Positions 14,501 to 27,132 of a DNA stretch of 64,000 nt are shown here, piece after piece. The stretch comes from Zygnema circumcarinatum SAG 698-1b (lineage: Eukaryota > Plantae > Zygnematophyceae): assembly GCA_037447605.1 (NCBI GenBank), contig CM074818.1:1562617-1626616 (forward strand), in the 5' to 3' direction. Each line of letters starts with the position of its first letter. The stretch's first letter is position 1. The position numbers and the translations under genes are program-made. The notes under the pieces were generated by a model, which worked only from the letters and a program-made list of their open reading frames with translations, ran no database searches and was not told the origin of the DNA.

Positions 14501-17500
14501 CTCCTTGCTGTACTGAACCCTCACACGCTGAAATGTCCGCCCTCCCATGTCTTCTGATACCCTCGTCACCAGACTGACCGAGCATGTATAGATAAATATA
14601 TGTAAGGTATATATATCGTATAGAATCCTACAATCCAAGGACTTTCCTGTAATGTAAGGGCCTGCCCTGAACAAAGGCCAGAACTATGCGTGCACGCATG
14701 CCCGCTTCTTAAACATAATGAAGAGAAAAGGAAAATGAATTTGAAAAGGGACAAATACCGACTTTGGAAGGCAGCTGCACTATGCATTTGTGCTAAACAG
14801 AGAGAAAAAAGGGAGTTGTTTACCTGTGCCCGATAGGAGTTTGGCTTAAAGTCGCCCTCAAACTTGGGCACTTCCGGGATATCCGCTACCACTGACTCCA
14901 TGCATGCCCCACAGTTCTGGTTTGAGAGATGAGTGTGCAGTTTCCTTGTGCACACACAGGAATTACGCATACCAAGACAATTCGTAAATCAGCGGCTTAA
15001 TAAGTCGTAGAGTATATACATAAACAAGATAGCACAGTTGGGACTTCCTTTCCGTACTCTTAACTGAAATGATTTGCTCCAGATATTTTTCCCAATGAGT
15101 ACATCACCTCCAAGACAAAACTCGACAGTCAATCGACTTCTCATCGCATCGACCTCTCCCTTCCCCTCTCTCTCTCTCTCTCTCTCCCTCTCCCCCACCT
15201 TCTATATAACATACCATTGTCTCCAAAGTCGTCCCCACAGACTCCGCACTTGGAGCACACTCCACTGTGGGAGCAGTCAGAAACTGTGGCGGCTTCCAGG
15301 GCCCGCTGAAGGTCAGCCTTTAGCCACCACTTGGCCACCCCGGTCTGCAGATGCACACACACGGATATAGTTGAAAGGTTCCCAAGTAGGGAGTAGTAGA
15401 TTACGGCACTCTAAAAAGATTAAAGTCTGTGCCAGTTCATGCTTTTGCAGGCCCACCACACCGCATAACAATGCACAACAGTCAACCATCGAAAATTGAT
15501 AACCGATCAGGCGTTTATATTATCAAAATGCATGTAAATCTTCCGAGCTTTTTGTTAAATGACCCCCCAATAATTTACACGGCTCTGCAAGTCACGCTTA
15601 TATGAGGATTATCAGGTTCCAAGCCTGACCACCACCCCCAACCTCCTTTATGTTACTCCTTCATGTACAATTATGTGGTGGATTTTTTTTGGGGGGTAGC
15701 GGGAAGGATGACAGAAGAGAGAGGGAGAGCGGAGAGAGTGAGAGAGTATACGTCAATGATATCCCATGGAAGAGGGGAATCGAGGCGCGGATCCGCCAAG
15801 TCTCCGCGATCAAGCCGGCCTTTCCCTCCCTCTCCTTGCCCGCGATACCTCCCATCTCCAAGTGCCTCCATCACATTCCACTCGCCATCTTCTATCTGAC
15901 ATGACATGCCGCACCTCATCAGTTTCATGCATGCAACATGTGGGACAAATAACTAGGAAGCAAGGATGAGGTTGCGTGTGATATAGAATTTTAGGGTTCT
16001 TAGGGTTTCTAGGGTTTTGGGAGAGGAGGGGAGAGGAGAGGAGAGGGGAGAGTGTGGGTTTCGAAGCAGACTTGGCGATACTTCCATGCAAGGCCCGCCT
16101 CCTCCATGGCCTGCGACCAGCTCTGGAAGCAGCTCTCCGTACTTCCCCACCTGCAGGCCCGGCAGAGGGAGGGATTAAGGAGACATGCGTTCCATGTGGG
16201 ATTGTTATGAAATGAGTTCAATTCCATCAGTTACCATATATGTTCCTTGCCCTGCGTGTTTGGTTCATGAAAAAACAAAATCTCAAGTTTGACAGCCAAA
16301 GCATGACATAGTGCATGGGACCCAAATCCCGAAGACCCCATACCATGCATCATTGGTTGCTCCCAGCTCCCACGCCCTCCTCATTACTTTGCCGAGACTG
16401 CGATCCCCTCGACCTATGAAATCCTCCATGGCTGAAAGCTGCAGCCACAAAAGCTAAAAGGATAAGCCAATTCAAGAAGAAAGAGGGCTGACATTGTCAG
16501 CCAAGATCTTCACAGCTCCCTACCCTTTCTCTCTCGGTATCCTTTTCGGTAGAAATGTATGACCCACCTTAGTGTCAGTGAAGCTGTACTTGACTTGCCA
16601 CATGCGATCGAACTCCTTCTTTAGAAGCTTCTGTTTTCTTGTGAATTCGGATGTGGACACGCTGTGCCTGCAAGAAGCCTCTCAGTGGAAGAAATTTAGA
16701 TGTATTTTCGGGGTTTGTTTCTTTATAATTTTCGCTGCCAATTTATTTTTAGGATACTTTCTTGAAGTCCTCCTCTTCTCATGAAGAAGGAGCAGTTGGT
16801 ACTGACGAAGAAGCTGCATGTTGGCAGGCCCAGGGAAGCTTCAATATGGGGAAGAATATTGAAGGAGAGAAAGGAGAGAGGAGAGATGTGAAAAGGAAAG
16901 TGAAGAGAGGGCAGTGGAGACGAAATGAAAAAGAAGCTGAGAAACAGGTAGAGGGAGAAGAGACGAGGGGAGAGTAACACAGACACGAAAGGCGAGGAGG
17001 AGGGAGGCGAGGGGAGGAAAAGGGAAGGGAGAGACAGAGAACGGGCGAAGAGAGGGGAAAGGGGGACAGGATGGAGGGCAAGGAGAGGAGGAGGAGGGGG
17101 CGAATGGGAGAACGGAAAATTTATCTCCTGAAGGTAATCATCTGAGCAGAGGACAAGCCCTTCGAGTCCATTAAACTCGGTAGGGATTCAAGTCATTCAA
17201 CAGAAAAAAAAAAAAAAAAAAAAGACATCTCAAAAAAAATCTCAGTTTCATCTCGGAGTTCGAAGAGCGCCCATGTGCACGTGAGGCAGAAGCTGGTTGT
17301 CATTTCAAGCTTGAGAGGCTGAGGAAATCGCAGGAAGGAGGGGAGGAGAAGGCAGGGAGGGAGAGGAAGGAGATGGGAAAGAGGACGAAGCACAGGCGAA
17401 AGGAGAGAGGAGGCCGGAGAGACGAGGCGGGTGGAGGAAAGGAGAAAGGAGGGAGGAAGGTAAGAATGAAACGAAGGACAGGAGAATAAACGAGAGAAGG

Positions 17501-20500
17501 AGAGAAGAAGGGGAGACGATGGCCTACCACTGAAAGGGCGTGTGCGGCTTTGGAGTGAAGTTGGAGATGGTGAGCCGCACGGCTAAGTGCTGCTTCCCTC
17601 TGCGGCAGTGACCTTGAAGCCACTGCACAGGGAGAGAGAGAGAGAGAGGGAGAGGGAGAGAGAGAGAGAGAGGGGGAGAGAGAGAGAGAGAAAGTGAGAG
17701 GAGCTTCCGGCACCATTGCGTGAGCCGACTTCTTTATGGTTGGCATCACTTTAGGCAAATTGGCATTGCTTCTCTGCTATAAAAAATTCAGTGGAGCAAA
17801 AACTAATAATAGATTGCAAGTTTGGTATTATTCGGCCATGGAAAAAAATTGCGAAAATGTCTGAGCTATTTGCAAGAAGCGGTTGTAAGGGATTTGTAGC
17901 ATACCTTTATCGTCTTCGCTATGCCCAAGACATCTTCATCGGTTTCGCCGGGCAGGCCAATCATGAAGTAGAGTTTGACCTGAGATTGTGCAGTTATAAA
18001 GGATTTAGAAACTATCCATGCAATCTGTGTTCCGTCACTTAACAGTCCACCATCTTGCACTCGTAGTAGATAAAAAAAATTACAAAAAAATCTAAAATGA
18101 ATGACAACATGGTGCAGGTATCATTTGTCAGCCCACGCATCATCCATACGTGATGTACCCATAGCATGTATGATTCGAAAAAGGACTAGAACGAGCACTA
18201 CAAGCACTCCTGCGTACTGAGCAGACCCATGTTCTAGGAGTAGGAGATGCATAACAATGCCCCACGACTAAGGAAAGGCCTGCTGGCAGCTTCGCCTCAA
18301 TTCTTTGAAGGGGTCGATAGAACAGCTAATTTCTAGAAGTAGAGCTTTAGAGTGTTGTGGGTTTTGCGCATTCAAAGGCTTCAGAAGGGAAAACGAAGGG
18401 GCAGCACCTGCCGCCATCCTTTGTCCCACGCTTTCTTCACACCGCGCAAGAGCTCCTCGTCTGTTAAGCCCTGCCAGTGAACCCTGCACAAGTCAGCCCC
18501 TCTCTCTCTTCTCTACCTCTACCTCTACCTCTCCCCTCCTCCCATCTTTCATCTGTTTCTCCTTCTCTTTCTTTCGCCTCAAATTCTTCCAGTGGAGGCC
18601 AGGAATCTCTTCACCTTATTGATGATGTCACGCATGCGTTGAGTCCCGGCTTCCGGAGCGAAGGTGAGGGAGCCCTGCATGGAGATCAAATAATCACACG
18701 AAATAGAATGGCCGTATTGCCTTAAAAAAAACGATTGAATAGGACAAGGTGAGCATTTTGCATGAGGCTGCCTGCAGCGTATGGGAGAGAGTGGGAAGGA
18801 GAAAGGGGAAGGAACGGCGGTAGGGAGAAAGAGAGGAAGAGCGAACTGAAGGACGAGAGCAGAGGGAGCCAGAGGAGAGTGGTGTGGGAGAGAGACGAGA
18901 GAACGATGGAGGGAGGGACGGACGGACTGTTGGAGAGGAGTCGACAAAGGGGCGCAGAGAGAGAGAGGGAGGAGAATGAGGAGACAGCGAGAGAGAAAGA
19001 GCTAGGAGATAGAGAGATGGTGGCCGAGAGAGAGAATAGAGACAGAGAGAGAGCTGGTGGCAGAAAGGCAGGGAACACAACTCAGGGAAAAGGGTGGGAT
19101 GAGATATGAGAGAGAGAATGGGAATGAGGGAGGAATGGAAGGAAGGCGGTGAGGTAAGGGGAGAGAAAGAAAAATAGAGAGGCAACGAGAGACAGAGAGG
19201 TAGAGAGGGAGGGAGGGAGAGAGAGGGAGGGGGAGGAAGATCAGAAATATAGACCTGACGGGTACCCCCGATGATGTTTGCAATGTCATCATTGAATCGG
19301 TCAACTCGCTGACTAGGCAACGATAAAGAAATTGGCACGTCTTTCAACCGGTTTTTGATCTGCGCATTACATTCAGCAAAACATTCTCAGTTACATCTAT
19401 ACGTACCACACAATCATATTATTTGTCATATTAGTATTAATGCTATTATTATAATATAAGTGCTTACCCCGATGCCGACTGCCGGCAAAGCGAGGTAGTC
19501 AGAGCAGCTGAGAGAAAGCAGAGAGAATTCCGTATAGCCCGTCTTCCTGCTCCAGGACCAAAGCATGTCAATGTTTGAAGGGGGTGGAATATTGAAATTC
19601 GAGGGGAAAAAAACGAGAATTAAGGGACAGGAACGAAAACTCTACAGGTGAACCGCTCTAAGCAAACAGCAAACAGCAAACACTGCTGAGGCCGAAATTT
19701 CATTGGCTTAGGCAGCAGTTAACATGGAACCAGTCTCAGTTGAACTTCTTCAATGTTAATATCTTATTGCACGCATGAGAGTCATTTTTTACAGCACTTA
19801 AAGAAAGAAGTAAAACATAAGACAATTTTAATAAGGAGGATAGTCAGTTAAGAAGGTGCAATTTCTTCCATTGCAGGCATACCGCATTCCTTCCTGAACC
19901 GCTTCAATGACCCGTTCCGGCTCCACATCTCGTGCAGGTCGTGTGAGCATGCCGGCTGAATCCCACTCCCCTTCTCCCTTATTCATCCCTAGCAGGCTCT
20001 AAAGCAACAGGAAATGCATATCTGAACCTTTGAACTCACCACCGTCTTCCCCTCTCACTCTCTCTCCCTCACTCCCTCTCTCCCGCTTACTCTCTTTGTG
20101 CTGTTCAAGAGTGAGGAGGAGCAGAACTCACGCTGGCAGAATCGACACCCACGCGTGCACCCTCTGCGAATTTCAACGGTGAGGCGATCATGCACTGTAG
20201 CCCCCTTCCATCCCCACTTCCGTCAAATGTATAGAAAACCCACAAAAGAATGAATATAATTACGTACGCACAGCAATCATATGCAGCAAGAAACAAACCC
20301 AAGCAAGAACATAAACTCTAAGCCGTGAATCGGGGCTTTCCAGGTTCACATGCGAGCAGGCCCACCTGTCTCCACATAAGGCACGAGGCCTATCTGCTGC
20401 ATAGGATCTGGCTGCAAGCCGCACCATCAAGCTGCAAAACTTAGTTAATAATCTATGGAGGCCCCACGATCCTTTCAGCTTATACAAGGCACGATTCGGA

Positions 20501-23500
20501 TATGACAAACAGACTCAGGTAATGCTTGTGGCAGTCCGTACACAGCTTAGGGCAAACAGTTCAGCTCTACCGGCCACTGCAGGAGTTTATTTTTGAGTTT
20601 TTTGAAAAGGAAACAGATCAAGAACGCAGCTCGCTTTGTACCATGGAGACACGCCGCAAAACGCGTTCCGGCACTCCTTCATAGAGAGGAAAAACCGCCC
20701 CTCCCCAACTGCATTTTCCATACACCAAACCCTCACTTGAGCTGATCCATGAGCCCCTGCTTGTAGCCGGGAACCAATAAACAACTCTGCCGTCTGTGTT
20801 CTCATCGTGCATACGAAAAGTGAAAGCCCTTTCCTCCTCCCCTCCTCTCTTCTCCCACTCCTCTTCCCTGCAGCAGCTCTCACCCTGGCAGATGCTCGTA
20901 TAGTTGGGGCACATAAACCCCTTTGACTGACTGGGCCAGTCGCAGCAGGGTGGCGTGACGTGACAGCCCATCTGCAACACAGCTTTCAAGGCAGCGCCCG
21001 ATCTCCGGTAGACAGTCCTGCCACCCATGTCCTCTTCAGTAAGCATAAATTTCAGAGCTTGAAGTCTTTTTCGAGAGAACGAGGTTGATGAGGAGCCCAA
21101 CTCTCCGATGTTGAGAGATGGCATTGTGGTGCTTTCGTGGAATTTCGAAAAATCGTTTCGTTTATATTATTTTAGATAAATCTCAGAAGCCTTCCCGGAC
21201 AAGACCCTGCTTGGGGTCAGCTACATATGATCGAGGAGGACAAGCAGAGCGGCTTACCTCCCCATCTCCGATTGCGAAATAGTCGAAAAAGTCCGAGAAT
21301 GGCTCTGGATTGGAAGTTGCTGTAGGCCCACCTGTAGGCGCCCATGCTCAAACTGCAGTTCAGCACAACCTTCAATCACCTAAATTGCGCACACGCATCA
21401 TACACGCCTCTTTCTCATACTTTTCCCTCTCTCTTTCACAGGCATCGAAATAGAAAGGATTCATATAAAGCATCTCAAACGGCTAATTGTGCAACGCAGC
21501 TCGTTCAAATAATACCAGTTCTTCTCCTTTGGGCTCTGTTGTCTAACCAAAAGAAACCATCCTGCTCACTCAAACGTTTGGCATGTTTTCATTGTTGAGG
21601 GCTTACCAGCTGAGACGATGGGAGCTTACCAGCAAAAATTAAGGGCCAGCTGCCCTTCTCTACATCCCAGGGCCGGTCATTGGCCTCCTGTCTCTCCGCC
21701 CAGGAGATGGGAATTCTCGCCTGCTTCAGCATCTCCAGTACGTTGGTACCCCCCAGCTCATAGCTGCACAGCCCATATAGAATTCTTGACGGGTGCATGC
21801 TAGACCAATGCCACTTGGCTGAAGTGAGCTTAGCTTAAGGTAACTTCACAAAAGGAAAGTTTTGCCAAAAGCCTGCAATATTGGAATCAGAGGGAGAGTG
21901 GTCAAGCCCCTCGATTAAAGGGCTGGTGACCCAATTTCTTTCCTCAAAGAGAAAAAATAGGTGAAGTAAGGTGACCTGAGACTGAAGCCAACAGTGTGAA
22001 AGTCTCGGAGAGGACGCCGCGACTCCAATGCAAAAAGGGGCTGCGATTGTGAGCAGGAGCAGGGAGTGAGGGCCCAATAGACTGCCTCAGTTGAGGCTTT
22101 TTAGTTTCTTGCATGTACTTAAGATTCAAACCCTGAAGCCTGAACCCTGATTTAAACCCTGAAGTCCTAAAGATATTGAGTGGTTACCAGATCATAGCGT
22201 TGTAGACAGGCAGTCATGTCTGCCTCAACGAAGTAGCACCGATCGCAGAGAAGATTGAGCGTTTCATTCAGCACCTGCGTTCAGGAATCTGAGAGATCAA
22301 TATTTGAAACCAATATTCACTGAGGTGGCTTTCTCTAGCGAAACAGCGGCATCATCCTACTGATAATAATGCATAAAGGATAACTGACTTTTTTCATACA
22401 AGAATAAACACGGGGCTAATGTCAAGTATGAAGTTGCTGTATGCAAGAATCTTGAGATGTCGTGCCCCGGTTTTCGTTTTTGTTTAGAATGACTTACTAA
22501 AGTATGTTTTAAGAGGGAAAAGAGACACGATAAAGAAACCATAAAAGTAATCAAAGCTCCGCTTTCATAGGCCAACGGCTTGTACAGATTTGAACGAGAG
22601 GGTCTTACCGTGTAGAGTAGAATGTGGCCTAAATTGCTCGCTCCGACCTGTATGAATGGAGCAGCCCAACACACGAAAAATAAGTGAAACAGAAGACGGA
22701 AGCAAATAAACAATTTTAAATACATGAATAGATAAATTAAAAACCAAGTAAATAGACAAACAGAGAAACTGGTTAATTATTTAAATATAAAGAAATATCA
22801 AAAACGAAGAGAAACCATTCCTCCAATTCAAAATTTCAGATGCAAATGTAATCCATAATGATGACGGAATAGGGACTCACACAACATCTAAAGCAAGTTG
22901 AAGTGCATTGACTCAAGAACATCCTGCTTTTACATATTACATAAAATTCACCAAAAAATATTTTTTTTCTAGCAAGAGGATAAGAGGAGGGAGACAACAA
23001 ACTTCATAAATTTCTGGATACGCCAAACAGAAGCGCACGGCAGCAGAGTTCCAGGGCTTGTGGATCGATCCAAATTCGTTGCCCAAATAGCGAGCAGGTT
23101 TCTGCAGCCTGGCACCAAGCAAAACGGAAGAAAACCCTAAAATCTTGAAGCAATAGCAAATACTCGCAGATTTGAAGTCAGAACTGGCTGCGTTGAAGTG
23201 ACATTGGAAGGATTATGCAGCTCCAAGGACTAGGCGAGGACGGGGAGAAAACTTACTTGACCCATTCATGCATGGGGATGCCATCTATGGCTGCCTCTGT
23301 TGTCTGTGATGACTTTTTGAATGACGTTTGAACAGTGAGAGGAGCGGCAGGAGCAGTTTCTGCAGCTTGGCAAGCAGGAGAGAGAGAAGGAGAGGACTTC
23401 GGCCGGCGACTGGGAGGTCGGAGAGTGAGGAGCGAGAGGGAGGGGAACAAGGAGCAGCCACGGCGCATTGCAGGGCGAGCTGAGGGGGAGCAGGAACATG

Positions 23501-23633
23501 AAGGAGACATAGATGGAAACGCTTCACTTCGCGATACATTAGAGCTACGACTTGTATAGCATGGACTGGAGAATGACGCCATGGCGGTCATGGCAACAGG
23601 GGGAGCAGGGCGCGACAAGACGAAGGCCGCCAT
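11578..23633 (-). CDS. Plastid-targeted TIGR03960-family (B12-binding-type) radical SAM protein fused to a C-terminal DUF2344/TIGR03936-type domain; many exons
   Basis: Ser/Ala/Pro/Arg-rich exon 1 (transit-peptide-like). Then QKPARYLGNEFGS..FCLAYPEIYEVGASNLGHILLY; SYELGGTNVLEML; LVPYVETVHDRLTVEIRRGCTRGCRFCQPGMLTRPARDV (CxxxCxxC, exon 20194-20132); FSLLSLSCSDY; SLPSQRVDRF; LTFAPEAGTQRMRDIINK; KLYFMIGLPGETDEDV; SNFTPKPHTPFQW; DCSHSGVCSKCGVC; then RVQYSKEGSMALIGHLDMMRLIDRALRRAALPVSY and PRISSAQPLPLGYTSSCE (DUF2344-like). The last exon (11727-11578) is in frame but less certain. Confidence 0.9.
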
Positions 23634-24084
23634 GGCTGGTGCTGCAGGGCCGTGGCTTGCCCTTTCCCTTGCTCCCGCTCCATGTGGAATGTTGACAGTT
23701 CCGTCAACGAAAACAGTCTCATGTGCCTGTTTGTTGTTGAACTACAGTGGCGTGAATCTCACGCACGGCAGTTGCGTAGGGCGGTCACACGTGTCATCGG
23801 AAACATCATCGCCTATCCAACATCATCGTTCAACATCATCGTCAACATCATCCATCGACATTAGGACTTGGTGAATCCTTGATCCTTGGAAAGATGTTGA
23901 TGGGTTTCGACCGTATGTTTTTCCAAAACAAGTATATTTTTCACGTAAATCTACTCTTTTTGCAAAGTACTTTTTTTTAAACATTTTAATATGAAATTCT
24001 GAACACGCACTCTTGACCAAAATATCTTCGCGACATCCATTTCTTTATCCAAGCGGTGATGTCAGGCCAGGGGGCTGCTACCGA

Positions 24085-24308
24085 ATCCAACGGTTTGAAC
24101 ATCACGTGAATGAGTCCACGTGGCACATCCAACGGTAGTTACCTTCTGAAATCTCCATCGAAGGTCGAATGGCACGCGAGTCTTCGTGGCAAATCCAACG
24201 GCCAATTTTCTTACACGTGGCACATCCAACGGGCAGCGTCCTGCAATCTCGCACGCTGCTATCCAACGGTCAATTAGCTGATGCGTGTCTACATGGCATA
24301 TTCAACGG
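24085..24308. promoter_or_regulatory. Array of six ATYCAACGG (MSA-like, AACGG core) motifs interleaved with G-boxes, upstream of the radical SAM gene
   Basis: ATCCAACGG at 24085, 24127, 24193, 24224 and 24261; ATTCAACGG at 24300; CACGTG at 24103, 24117 and 24214. Confidence 0.5.
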
Positions 24309-24350
24309 TTCCTGGAATCTCGCTAAACTTCCAACATTCCTATTTTCCTA

Positions 24351-25330
24351 GGTCATTTGTGAAAGGTTGGTTCCTCGTGGTTCCCCATGTCGATTTTGTC
24401 CATGTACATTGGATGGCATCACCATCGTGAGGCCACATCCAATCTCTCGTTTCTCCCAGCATCTGGAGAGAATGGAATGGGAATGAATTGGTAATGTGGC
24501 ATTGGTCTCACGATGGCCATGCCATCCCATATACATGGACAAAAACAACATAGAGAACCTCCAATGGCAGATCCAGGATTTTCGCAGAGGGAGGACTAAG
24601 CCCACTTTCAGCATAATTAACATAAGATAAGGTTAGAAAATTTTGATTTTTTAAATTCTGCGGAGGGGCTAAGCTCCCCCAACTTGTATATGTAGGTCCG
24701 CAACTGAAAACCACGAGGAGCGAATGGGTTACAGAGGATCCGAAGACCTTCCATATGACAAGTCATTTATTGGAGACTTTCGAGAATTTCCTTCGTGGTT
24801 CCCCATGCTGCATTTGTTCATGTACATTTGATGGCCTAACCATCTAGAGTTCAATGCCATTTTACTTTCCTAATTCGCCCGACAGCCTTACTAAATTGAT
24901 TTGGCCATGTGTTAAGTATGACCCGCCCTATTGCATGTACAACAAGAATTCCACGTTCTCACTGCCAAATGAATTCGTAAATAATAATCTTCACTGTTCA
25001 TGACTTTCATTTGTGCAACTGCATGGTAGAGATAGAACAACTTGCAAGGATCTCGCCGAAGTGGATCAGGAGTCAAAGGCTGCCATGGAGCAGGTTCGAG
25101 CCATGCAAAGGGTCCCAGACGGAAGAGGAGGAGGAGCCCCAAGATATAACGAGTGTGGCAAGAGGCATCGCTAGCTATGTTGAAAGGCGCCTCTTGCACT
25201 AGCAACAGATGCATACTAGGTCTGAGAAAATGGCATTGAACTCACAATGGCGATGAGGCCATGAAATGTACATGGACAAAAGCAGCATGGGGAACCACGA
25301 GGAGCTAACTGGTCGCAAAGGACCACTAAG
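24351..25330. mobile_element. Cluster of the ~180-bp repeat family in alternating orientation: F 24351-24440, R 24495-24750, F 24790-24860, R 25231-25330
   Basis: Each copy carries the core CGTGGTTCCCCATG...TTGTCCATGTACATT.GATGG-n5-CCATC.TGAG..CAATGCCA or its reverse complement. Confidence 0.8.
24562..24706. mobile_element. 145-bp degenerate MITE (CAG-type TIRs, probable 8-bp TSD, hAT-like) nested in a repeat copy
   Basis: Ends are CAATGGCAGATCCA...TAGGTCCGCAACTG (9/14 inverted match). Flanks AGAACCTC and AAAACCAC are 6/8 identical, and the host repeat resumes in register (GAGGAG...GGATCC.AAG) after the insert. Confidence 0.6.
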
Positions 25331-26387
25331 GTTACTAAAGGATACTAAACTTGTTTGCTTGCCTCATGTAAATTCTGAATGAGGGCGTTCAAGTCTTAAA
25401 GGAATCAAAGAATGTCTTGTTCATATATTCTTACAAAACGTATGCCGGTACTTGAAAGCATATCTAGTTATCTCCGCTTATCGGCTACAAGTTATATCCG
25501 CTATTATTATTGAATGTTTTGAAGTATACACATCCCCTTCCTCCCAGTTAAACAAAACCCAATCCGAATGCTCTTTACGACATACAAAGACAAAACAGAT
25601 TCCTGCTTACCTTTCTTCTCCACTCCCCCTCAACAGCAATTACTTCTTTGATACATAACATGATACAAGGAGTAAGCAATAATGTAGGCTTAAAAAAGTT
25701 CTTAGTGGTTCAAAAGCAAGCTATGAAGTCGAGTTACTATTAGTAAGAAAAAAAACGACCTAATTTAAGTTGAAATCAACAATAGCAACTAAAAAACCAG
25801 CGGAAAAATGATAAAAGTTGAAGATTGCAAAAACTAAGAAAAAACGAAAGCTATACCTCCTTGGTGTTTTCTAAAACACACCCATTTAAGATATTTCAAA
25901 TGAATAACTACATCTCTCTGTACTAGTGTTAATTTCGTTAACTAAGAACCAAGAATGAGTCACAGAATCTTCGCAGCCCCTCCCCCCACTTCTACCCCTC
26001 TCCCCTCCCCCTCCTCTCCTTCCTCTCCCTCCCCCCTTCTGCCCCTCTCCCTCCTCTCCCTCTTCTCACTCCTCTCCCTCCCCCCGTCTGCCCCTCTCCC
26101 TCCTCTCCCTCCCCTCTCTCCTCTCCATCCTCTCACTCCTCTCACGCCTCTCCCCCCCCCCTTCTGCCCCTTTCCCCCTCTTCCCCTCTCCCGCCCCTCC
26201 CTCCTTGTCCCTCTCCCCTCCTGCGCCCTCTCCCCCGTTCACACCCCTCCCCCTCTCCTCCTCTCCCCCCTGCACCTCTGCGGCTCCGCTCTTTCTCCCC
26301 CCTTCAGCCCCATTTGCTCCCCCCGGGCACCTCCCTCCTCCCCTCCCCGCCTCCTATGAAAAATTGAAGTTGCAAGCTGAATCCATA

Positions 26388-26561
26388 ACAACGGTGACCT
26401 TCGCGGCTGCTTCTAGGGAGGGCTGCGTTGTTGCGCCTAGGCGTAGTTTTCCGCTCTTAGCTTCTTTCTTTGTGCTTAGGTCCTTCTCCTCGTGGTTCCC
26501 CATGCTGCTTTTGTCCATGTACATTTGATGGCACCGCCATCGTGAGGTCAATGCCACTTCC
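26388..26561 (+). mobile_element. Long (near full-length) forward copy of the dispersed repeat family
   Basis: ACGGTGACCTTCGCGGCTGCTT...GCGTTGTTG...CCGCTCTTAGCTT...GTGCTTAGGTCCTT...CGTGGTTCCCCATG...GATGGCACCGCCATCGTGAGGTCAATGCCACTTCC aligns by eye to the reverse complement of 52320-52500. Confidence 0.8.
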
Positions 26562-26971
26562 CCTTCCCCATAACAACCAAAAAAGGAAAATTCGCAACTC
26601 GTGGTTTCCTTGCTCCGAACTCGACCCGTTTTCTGTGCACCGCCCAACGCGTTCTTTGCCACCCTTTCTCCGTTAGGGCGTCAGATCTGCCACGTGTACA
26701 AATTTGCACACGTGGCGAGTCGTCATTGGACGTTGCCTCCAGTAGTAAAGCTCGCAATGGCGAGGGTCCCTTTGGCGACATTCTCTCACGCTCTGTCCAT
26801 CTTCTCGTTCTCTGTGGGCAGAGAGGAGGGTTCGTCTTGTGGGCTTCAAGCGGGGAAGGTCTGGTATGATTCCTGCTGCTCTCTCTGCAACATGCATTCC
26901 TGTCCATGGAATCCTTTACAAATTTTAGGGTTGGAATCGCCTTTTTTTTCAGAGATCGTCGTGCTCCTGAA

Positions 26972-26999
26972 TAGGGTTAGGGTTAGGGTTAGGGTTAGG
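26972..26999 (+). repeat. (TTAGGG)~4 tract ~135 bp upstream of the VARICOSE ATG
   Basis: tagggttagggttagggttagggttagg. Confidence 0.8.
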
Positions 27000-27132
27000 C
27001 TTGTAGAGGCAGGGTCTTGCCCGTACCTTGTTTTCCTTCACTAATCGAGCTGGAATAAACGCTGAACCTCTTGCTTTTGCTTCTTGCTTTCTGCTTCTGA
27101 AGCGCCGACTCCTGTGCATGCAGAAACTTTAA

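Noticed and set aside
11578-23633. Bacterial contamination or recent HGT as the origin of the radical SAM gene
   Set aside because: It has many spliceosomal introns with the same composition as neighbouring plant genes, plus a transit-peptide-like first exon.
26500-26561. Hammerhead ribozyme (Penelope/retrozyme type) or tRNA-SINE identity for the repeat
   Set aside because: The stem-loop is not flanked by CUGAnGA and GAAA, and there is no GTTCRA B box on either strand.
24351-26561. CRISPR-like array interpretation of the repeat cluster
   Set aside because: The repeats are long, inverted and irregularly spaced, the context is eukaryotic, and there are no cas genes.
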